Origin: Octopus vulgaris | Taxonomy: Eukaryota | Assembly: GCA_951406725.2 (NCBI GenBank) | Contig: OX597834.1 | Location: 12,400,001 to 12,464,000, forward strand | Length of the DNA: 64,000 bases | Direction: 5' to 3' | Shown here: positions 54,821 to 64,000 of the stretch, one piece after another | Position numbering within the stretch: position 1 is the first letter of the stretch | Layout: each line of letters begins with the position of its first letter | Program-made: the position numbers and the translations under genes | Notes under the pieces: model-generated | Database searches by the model: none | The model's input: the letters and a program-made list of their open reading frames with translations, nothing else | Told to the model about the DNA's origin: nothing

Positions 54821-55059
54821 GATATATATGTAAAATGAAAATCCTGCCTAGGTGATAAGAGACTGGTCAGTCATGTTGAAAGTGGTGATGAAATGTCGGA
54901 TATGGCCAAACATCAAAGCGGAATAGTCTTATCAACCATATTTGATAAACTACCTTGTTGCATCCTTACAATCAAAGGTTAAATGAAGACACTACTTATA
55001 ATATATACACATTTCCATATAGATTAATACTGACATGATATTAGACGCTTTATGTGTGC

Positions 55060-55097
<38 letters not shown>

Positions 55098-55214
55098 GTA
55101 CAGCTTCACACATTGAAAACTCACATGTGCACACTCTTGCATAGAAACACACAGGTGCATAAGCATGCCATGTACATACATGCACACACATATATATCAT
55201 TATTAGTGTGTGTG

Positions 55215-55282
<68 letters not shown>

Positions 55283-56789
55283 TGTATAAAAAACACATAC
55301 ATACACACAAAGTACGTAACAGACACGCATACATATATGCTTGTCAGTAGCGTAAAATAGTTGCAAGGCATCTTTTGGTAGTTTACTCTATGTATACATA
55401 TTCAGGTGTATAGATATCAACCTATATATGTCGATATGAATGTATGTGTGTATAAACATACATATATGCACATTCATAACGCCGTATTTCATGTCTAGAA
55501 ACGATTGTCTAGATATTTAAAAGTACATGTAATAAAGTATGAAACTTTTCCCCATAACTAGTCTCAGCTATCGCAATTTCGATCTCAGAGAACATTCTGT
55601 TACTTTATTAGAAATAACAACAAATTCTAAACCATGTCTCATCTCACAGTCTTCGAAGTAGAGAACACTCTTCTTTGTGTAATCCAAGATAGACTACGCA
55701 AAAGCACAAAATGATAGAACAGTATGATTAGATTATAGGTATGGTCCTTCAGGGCAGACCTAATAATAGGAACAGGGGTACATTGAATCGTGTGTTTCTG
55801 GTCAGGAAGAGATTTGGGGGTCGTAGATGAATTGTCAAGTTGATCAGACATTGAAGGAGCATGGCTTGGTGGTTAGGGAATTCGTCTCAAGATTGTAAAG
55901 TCGTGATTTCGATTCCCGGCGGCACAATGTCTCCTTGAGCAAGACACTTTATTTCAAATTGGTCCAGCTCACTCAACTGGCAATAATGAGATGTACCTGT
56001 AATTCAAAGGGCCAAAATTATTACATTCTGTGTCACGCAGAATCTCCCCGAGATCTCAGTGTTTTCAGTTTTGCTGAAGATACAAGACTGCGAGCTGGCA
56101 GAATCGATAGCACACCGGGCAAAATTCTTAGCAGCATTTTGTTAGTATATGTTTGGAGTTGAAATTGCACCGAGTTCGACTTTGTCTTTCATACATTCAA
56201 GGTCAATAAAGTAAGTACCAGTTGAGTTCTGATGTCAATGTAATCGAATTACTCGTTCCCCCAAATTTGCTGGCCTTGTGCCAAAATTTGCAACCATTGT
56301 TTGCTGAAAATATAAAGGTGAGTACTTCTCCAACTCTAATGACAAATGCTTGACAAGGAAACGAGACATACACAATATGTGTAAAGACTGGTTTACCGAT
56401 ATAAAATAGGTCTCTGATAAAGAGATTTGCATGCACGTGCTACCAGCAATGATTCCATTGCACGGAGCCTTGAACATGTGCCTTCTACTCTTGTGCCTGC
56501 CTGAGCAACGAGACATGATTCCCAAACTCTTTAAGTAGGAGTCCGTTGGTATAAGCAAGGCTAAGTGATTAACGGCTTCACCTCAGAGACAAATGGGACC
56601 TGGTTCGATTTTACTAAACGGCATATTGAGCAAATAATTCATGCCACTGTGCCATACCATAGTAAGGCGGTGAGCATAGCGAGCAAAAATCATAGCGGCA
56701 TTTCGTCCGTCTTCAGGGACCATGCATGAATATGCGTGTATATAAAACACGCACTTCCACTATTTCTGTTTGTGTGTGTGTGTGATCGA

Positions 56790-57095
56790 ACGACAAACCT
56801 ATCAATTAACCGATTGAAAGAACCACCGTTCAAAGTCGATGTTCATTTAAACGAACCCAACAGCAGAATAAAGGACAATTAATTCATTTTAAATTTTATT
56901 GCATAATTTATTGACTTTGAGCACCATCGGGGTCAGAATTGAAAATGTTGACGAGGACCAATCGCGACCTGGGCTAAATTTAACTAACCCCCTACACTCA
57001 CGACTATTAGCCTCTCTCTTAACTTTGCAACAATTATTTATTTCACTTGCTAATAGTTTATAGGGCAATTAATATATAATATTATTGATGTTGTA
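56790..57095 (+). repeat. Old local direct duplication with 60745-61150
   Basis: gacaaacctatcaa..aaaggacaatta..aggaccaatcgcgacctgg..tttcacttgcta are collinear in both copies. Confidence 0.85.
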
Positions 57096-57528
57096 AAGTG
57101 TACTAGCCATCTGAATGTGGCTAGCCACTGGGGGTGGGGTGTTACTGACGCTTTTAGCCCCAGGAGATCGACGTCTCCAGCTGGCCTTAGACACAATTTC
57201 AGTTGCTGGGAAAAACGTTAAATATTATTTGCAAAGGTCTCCTTCATCGAAAACCAGTGTTTACCATGCGATGACGAGAGGCAATTACCTTGAAACTATA
57301 GTCCGTATGTATCACTTAGGTTTTCGAGGGAGGATGACCTCCCTTTGCAAATAACACAAGGGCACTGAAATTGTGTCTAAGGCCAGCTGGAGACGTCGAT
57401 TTCCTGGGGCTAAAAGTGTCAGTAACAACCCACCCCCAGTGGCTAGCCACATTCAGATGGCTAGTACACTTTACGTTGTCGAGCGGTTACTGTTTATATC
57501 TCGTTCGGAGATTTATTAATGCTCCTAA
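57093..57528. mobile_element. Fold-back element family H1, copy 2 (central cassette inverted relative to copy 1)
   Basis: Arms 57093-57203 and 57364-57474; 13-bp TSD tattgatgttgta at 57083-57095 and 57529-57541. Confidence 0.9.
57265..57309 (+). ncRNA. Minimal type I hammerhead motif (degenerate at position 3)
   Basis: CATGCG-ATGACGA-GAGG caatta CCTT-GAAA-CTATAG-TC-CGTATG. Confidence 0.7.
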
Positions 57529-57911
57529 TATTGATGTTGTATAGCAGTAAGTCATACCACATAACTTAGGCCTTCCATTAACATTTCCCGGAACACACGA
57601 CAGCCTGCGGACTTTCATGACAGCATCCGATATGTTTGTGTGTTAGTGAATGTATGTTCGCGCGATTGAATATGTATCTACATATGTATAAATTTATAAC
57701 TTTTCAAATTCATTCTGTCATTGAAAATGTTTCTTAATTTCTTTTTTTATTTTTCATATTTTCCCAGCGGTTGCTGAAGAAACTTCGAATTTACAACGGG
57801 CATATGGCGCAGTGGTTAAGAGCGCGGGCTACTAACCCCAATATTCCAAGTTCGATTTCAAGCAGTGACCTGAACAACAACAACAACAATAATAATAATA
57901 ATAATAATAAA

Positions 57912-58521
57912 TGCGCTCTTTTAAAGCCTAGCCAGGCTCATGGGCTCGGTTTCCCGGTTTCTATGGCGTATGTGTTCCCCAGCTGGACGGGACACCAGTC
58001 CATCGCAGAGTTATTCATTTTTGCCAGCTGAGTGGACTGGAGCAACGTGAAATGAAATGTTTTGCTCAAGAACACAACGAATCGAAACCTGGACTGGAAG
58101 CACTCCGTCGGTTACGACGACGAGAATTCCGGTTGATCCGAATCAACGGAACAGCCTTCTCGTGAAATTAATGTGTAAGTGGCTGAGCACTCCACAGACA
58201 CGTGACCCTTAACGCAGTTCTCTGGGATGTTCAGCGTGACACAGAGAGTGACAAGGCCGGCCCTTTGAAATACAGGTACAACAGAAACAGGAAGTAAGAG
58301 TGAGAGAGAAAGTTGTGGTGAATGAGTACAGCAGGGATTACCACCATCCCCTGTCGGAGCCTCGTGGAGCTTTAGGTGTTTTCGCTCAATAAACACTCAC
58401 AACGCCCGGTCTGGGAATCGAAACCGCGATCCTATGACCGCGAGTCCGCTGCCCTAACCACTGGGCCACAATCTTACGATCATGATGCTGACGCACTAAC
58501 CACTAAGCCACGTGCCTCCAC
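57912..58521 (-). mobile_element. Family-D tRNA SINE (V-domain-like ctgcgatggactgg..ccgtccag) with a family-C SINE nested at 58097-58467
   Basis: Minus-strand head gtggaggcacgtggcttagtgg starts at 58521; its B-box region is split by the insertion. Confidence 0.75.
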
Positions 58522-58584
58522 AGAAATAATAACAACATCTAAAAATACCTTAGAAATGAGAACCCAGGTTCGAAATTTCCCCAA

Positions 58585-58630
58585 AACACCTGATGAAGGC
58601 TGGTTGGTATATCAGCCGAAAAGTTGTGTT
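58585..58630 (+). ncRNA. Minimal type I hammerhead motif
   Basis: AACAC-CTGATGA-A-GGCTG(10 nt)CAGCC-GAAA-AG-TT-GTGTT; canonical core, perfect 5-bp helices I and II. Confidence 0.8.
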
Positions 58631-58954
58631 AACAACAAACAAGATGAGGACAAATATCCGTCAAATTTAAATAATGTAAATAATATTACCATCTCCTTGT
58701 ATTGTTGTTAAATAAAATATTTAGAGTCTACTCAAGTGTTGACTATTTTTTTTTTCATTCAGTCTTTCAACGTTGATTAAATTTTAATTTAAAATCACTC
58801 ATAAATATGAGACAGAAGCTGGTGTCATCTGTAAGTGATGGCATATACTTGCATCACTAGTATATTAATAGTGTATGTGTATGTGTGTATATGGGTATTT
58901 GCGCGTATATACGTGTGCATCAGATTGTGTGTATACGTGTGTGTGCATGTATGA

Positions 58955-59265
58955 ATCTGTCTGTCTGTCTGTCTGTCTGTCCGTGTGTCTCTACCTACCT
59001 ACCTACCTATCCATTCATTTATTTCTTTATCTGTGTCTGTGTATCTATCTATCTATCTATCTCTCTCCATCTATTTCTTTATCTGTCTGTCTATCTATCT
59101 ATTTCTTTATCTGTCTATCTATCTATTTATCTGTCTATCTATCTATCTATCTCTTTATCTGTCTATCTATCTATTTATCTGTCTATCTATCTATCTATCT
59201 CTTTATCTGTCTATCTATCTATCTATCTATCTCTTTATCTGTCTATCTATCTATGTATTTATCTG

Positions 59266-59296
<31 letters not shown>

Positions 59297-59395
59297 CTCC
59301 ATTCATCTATTTCTTTATCTTTCTGTATCTATCTATCTATCTATTTATCTGTCTATCTGTGTATCTATCTATCCATCCATCTCTCCATCTATCTA
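58955..59395. repeat. (TATC/TGTC)n microsatellite
   Basis: Directly visible. Confidence 0.95.
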
Positions 59396-59984
59396 TGATG
59401 CGCTCTTTCCTCAGTATTAATAACTTCTATTTCTGCTTTAAAAAATGCAGACTCTGCGTTATATTTTTCATTCACAGGGCACTCATTCTAAACCTTAGAG
59501 TGATATCCTGTCTCTGTCTGCGGTTTAGGGTTATCAACTAATATCTCAACTCCAGATATGCAAGTGAAGATATGAGATATCCTTGAGATATATCTGTTGA
59601 ATATTTTCCTGCATATAATATACATCCACTAAACTGAGGAAGCCGAAGTCATGCAGGTTAAGAGATAAGATGAGGAGCAATGCAGAAGATTTGGTAGCGG
59701 TGATCTTTTATTGTGGGTTTAACCAGTTCTTCTACTGTAAGTGTAAAATTCGACTACTGTCTCAATTTCTTTCCTGTCAACTTCTCTTTTGAACTAAGAA
59801 TTTGCCTCTCATCCTTTCGAGGTCGGTAAATGAAGTCCAGTTGCGTACTGGGGTTGATCTAACAGACTGCCCCACGCTTCCCAACAATTTCGGGCCTTGT
59901 GCCTACAGTATAAAATATATATGTATGTATGTATGTGCGTGTGTATATGTATATGTGTCTATAGATGTGTATATATATATATAA

Positions 59985-60316
59985 TTAATAATATCAGGGT
60001 AAAAAAAATTTTGAAATTCTTTCTACCAATGGCGCCTACCGTGTAGAAAAATTAGTAAATAGACTATATATTATTCATATAAATTCAGTGTACATTTAAA
60101 CACATAAAAGGTATCAATCATAGTATACCTGGCACGCTAGAAGGAATAGCCAAATTTAAAGTCAGAAACCGTGGTCCAGGAAATAAATGGTAACTGTTTT
60201 TTTTATTTTTCGTTCCCTTAGAAATTTATCCCTAATAGTGGTTTGGATTTTGGCTAACCCATCTCGCATGCCAAGTATCCTATAATTGATACCTCTTATG
60301 TGTTTAACTGTACACT
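59985..60316. mobile_element. Older fold-back element (about 70-bp diverged arms plus left tail) in (TA)n
   Basis: agtgtaca.ttaaacacataa.aggtatcaat (from 60088) pairs with attgatacct.ttatgtgtttaa.tgtacact (to 60316). Confidence 0.75.
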
Positions 60317-60545
60317 ATATATATATATATATATATACCTATGTACCTATGTCTACATGAATATATGTATATATATATATAATATATACGAAAGAAGGTT
60401 TGAAAATGCAATTTAAATGATGTTTATTTACTTTACCGGTTTCACTCTTTGGAAAAAATTGTCAAAAGTAACATGTAGAAGTTTGGTTGCGTTAATTATT
60501 GGTTGTTGCAAATTGCTACATTACATATATACAGTCTTTGGTAAC

Positions 60546-60610
<65 letters not shown>

Positions 60611-62343
60611 TGAGTGTGTGATATGTGGGCGTCTGTGGTTCATATTTTAGTTCAGTCAAACCAACTATTGTAAATTATAAACCAGCATATTCAGCGTATA
60701 TTTGCTATCCTACAAACCAAACTACCAGCCAAGAGATCGATTGGACGACAAACCTATCAACTAACCGATCGACAGAATAACAGTTCTGAGTCGTTGATGA
60801 ATTAATCGAACCTAACAATCGGATAAAGGACAATTAGTTGATTTTAAATTTTATTGCATAATTTATTGATTTTGAACACCACCGAGGTCAGATTTTAAAA
60901 TCTCTTCCAGATCAAAATCGTCTTTCATCGCTGTGAGGTCGATAAATTAAAGGACCAATCGCGACCTGGACTAGATCTAATCGACTAACCCCCTACACAC
61001 CTTATTGCTCTCCTTTCGCTTAATTTAGAAGCAGTTATTTATTTCACTTGCTAGTAGATTATAGGGTAATTACTATACAATAAATGTTGGTGTTGTACAC
61101 AAATGTTGTTGCGGGTCATGCCAGGTTTCTTGGGTCCTTCATTAACGGCGTATGATGGTACGCACGACAGTATACAGGCACTCATGACAGCAAGCAAAGT
61201 ATACTTTAGTGAATATACTAACGGACACTGACCTATAAATATACTGCTTCGTCGCTGTGCTTCTTCTGTTGCTACTAAAATAGACTGTGCTCGAGAGAGT
61301 TGCTTGTTTTTGCACCAATTTCATTAAAACTTCCGTATCCATTCATTGCATCAGTATCAGGTCCCGACCAAGTCTTCCTTCTGTCTGTGTTCCCAGAACC
61401 TCGGCCCGTTCTTATATCCTTCGTTCGCTCGATTTTCCTTTGGCCGTCGACTTCTAGTACTTGAAGTGGTATATTAATGTAATCAGCCTCTCTCCTCTCA
61501 GACAAGCCAAGCACGACAAGGTTAAGTCCATTCTTATAGAAGACACTCATAAATAAATAATCAGAAATTTATTTTCGGCTGCCATCTACAATTTAAGATT
61601 TGAGAACCCGGAACCTGCTATGATGTGTAATAATTTGACAGGGATCCTTGTCTGAGAAACACTCGTAAAAGCTGAGCAGGGTGGACTGTGTATTCTTTGT
61701 TTTCTCGTTGGGGACAGCAAGGGCCTCTCTTGACTGTTCATATAGCTCAGAGTATCTCAGAAGCCCGTATCAAATTCTTCTACTTCTCAACTAGAGTACT
61801 ATTTGAGTGGTAACTACTAAAAAAAACTTATCAAACGCATTGTTTTATCATAAGCAAATGGAAAACAGAATCTATTTGAATAACATTAAACTTCTTTTAG
61901 TTGTAGTGTTCTGATGTACTGTTGGGAAATCTGAAATGTCTTAAATTACTGCCCTCAACAGGAAAAAAAGGCAATTAATTCGTGAATAGGAACTATTTTC
62001 TCACAGCGCAAATTTTCCATTTGATTTAATGACTACACTGACATATGCGTGCAGGGAAACAAAATTAGGAATCACAAAAGAGAATTTAGTAAGATTTCCT
62101 GGAAGGGTGCAAGAAACCTCGTCCTTTTTTCCTTTTTCAATTAACGTATTCGAAACAGAAGTAAAGAAACACTGAATAACGTATGATGTTTGGCAAGGCC
62201 ACAATGTAGCTAATTTATCATATTTCCTAAAGAAATTTGAATCGCGAATTGGTTCCATTTAGAAATATTTTCGAACGTATATTAAGTTATCTAATAAGAT
62301 ATATGTTAGCAAGTTTATGAGCCTAGGTTTAAGGATTAGCTTT

Positions 62344-62390
<47 letters not shown>

Positions 62391-62397
62391 ATACGCA

Positions 62398-62437
<40 letters not shown>

Positions 62438-63034
62438 CATGCGTATACACACATACATATATACACTCTATATTTACCTTTTATGTTTTAGCTGATTTAA
62501 CTGGGTGGCGGGTATGCTGGGGAAGCGAGTTAAAGTCTTTAATCGCGTAAGTTGTTTCCATTACTTATGTTTGATTCGATTACTCGAGGTAAGGATTTCT
62601 TTTTGCGGAACAGCTAGGGACGTAAATATTTCAACGTCGCTTGTCAAACGGTAATGAGGGCAAAGACACACACACACACATATATACATATACGATGGAT
62701 TTCCCAAAGGTTTCTCTCAAAGAAATTCACTCAGAGAGCATCTATCGACTCGGTGCTATAGCAGATTTCGTTTGCCCAAGATCTTGCGCAACGGCACTGA
62801 ACCCAGACATACGTATTTGCAATGCAGGCTCCTTAACCACACATCAATGCCTGCATCCTTCAACGAAATATTTTGCACAAAACAACGACATCATTGTGTC
62901 CACAGCAAACAAACCTATTCGAAGTTTGTGTTTGATAAAAACTGTACAATCAAAAACGGGTTGCATTGTTTGTGTATATCCCCCAATGGAAAGTAAAGCG
63001 TCAATGGTTAACGCAATAACCTTTCTACTGGAAA

Positions 63035-63570
63035 CACAGGGCCTGAAATTTGGAGGAAATTTGCTTAACTGGTACCTATGTTATCGACCCCAAAAGGATA
63101 AAAGGTGAAGTCGACCTTGGCGGAATTTGAACTCAAAACGTAACGGCAGACGAAATACCTATTTCTTTACTACCCACAAGGGGCTAAACACAGAGGAGAC
63201 AGACAAGGACAGACAAACGGATTAAGTCGAATACATCGACCCAGTGCGTAACTGGTACTCATTTAATCGACCCCAAAAGGATGAAAGGCAAAGTCGACCT
63301 CGGCGAAATTTGAACTCAGAACATAAAGGCAGACGAAATACCTATTTCCTTACTACCCACAAGGGGCTAAACACAGAGGAGACAGACGAGGACAGACAAA
63401 CGGATTAAGTCGATTATATCGACCCCAGTGCGTAACTGGTACTTAATTTATCGATCCCGAAAGGATGAAAGGCAAAGTCGACCTCGGCGGAATTTGAACT
63501 CAGATCGTAGCGGCAGACGAAATACCGCTAAGCATTTCGCCCGGCGTGCTAACGATTCTGCCAGCTCACC
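63035..63570 (-). mobile_element. Tandem array of about 3 family-B SINE units
   Basis: gaactca recurs at 63129, 63312 and 63496; single head at about 63520-63570. Confidence 0.92.
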
Positions 63571-64000
63571 ACGTAAATGGTTAGCGTAATAACGGTGACA
63601 ATTTAAATGCGGTTTCACGGTCTACGGATGATGTTCAATACCCGAAGAAGAAAGCAAGACGTAACAGCATTGACATTTTAAATGCGGCCTCAAGTTCTAT
63701 GGACGTTATTTTTCTATGCTCCAAATAGAAAGCAAACCGTTGAAGGTTAACGTAATAACATCGACAATTAAAATACGGTTCCAAGTTTAAAAGTGACGCT
63801 GTCTTGAACAGGGGAAGACCACATCCGGTGAAACGCGAGCAAATAATTTTCCCGCTTCAGAGAGAGAGAGAGAGTAAAAACAACAAAAAACGAATCTGAA
63901 GTACATTGCTTGTAATTAATGACTTAACATAGTGCATTGCTGTCGTACTAAGCGCTGTTGCTATTTCTTGTGAAGTGTAAATATATATACAACGTTAGTT

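Larger units (their letters stand above)
57797..58685 (+). mobile_element. tRNA-headed SINE-like element with hammerhead-containing body, split by nested SINEs
   Basis: Head tggcgcagtggttaagagcg..gttcgattt at 57797-57872, (AAC/AAT)n linker, body resumes aataataacaac at about 58525. Confidence 0.65.

Overview
AT-rich, microsatellite-saturated eukaryotic non-coding DNA. The repeat content (tRNA-headed SINEs, (TA)n/(GATA)n/(CA)n tracts) suggests an octopus/coleoid cephalopod genome; this is an inference. No intact host gene can be supported, and nearly all listed ORFs are microsatellite artefacts. Recognisable parts are four or five SINE families (one forming 184-bp tandem arrays), 5'-truncated RTE and CR1-like LINE fragments, decayed Tc1/mariner elements and MITEs, and a hAT MITE. 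The most notable signal is a set of at least six sequence-unrelated short elements carrying minimal type I hammerhead ribozyme motifs with palindromic helix III. Several sit at the apex of long fold-back rods that have an asymmetric tail and variable-length TSDs. Two copies of one family (8.3 kb and 57.1 kb) carry the ribozyme cassette in opposite, flip/flop orientations. Two other families show the compensatory U3-A8 core variant, and one hammerhead lies in a tRNA-headed SINE. All structures were paired by eye; none were computed.
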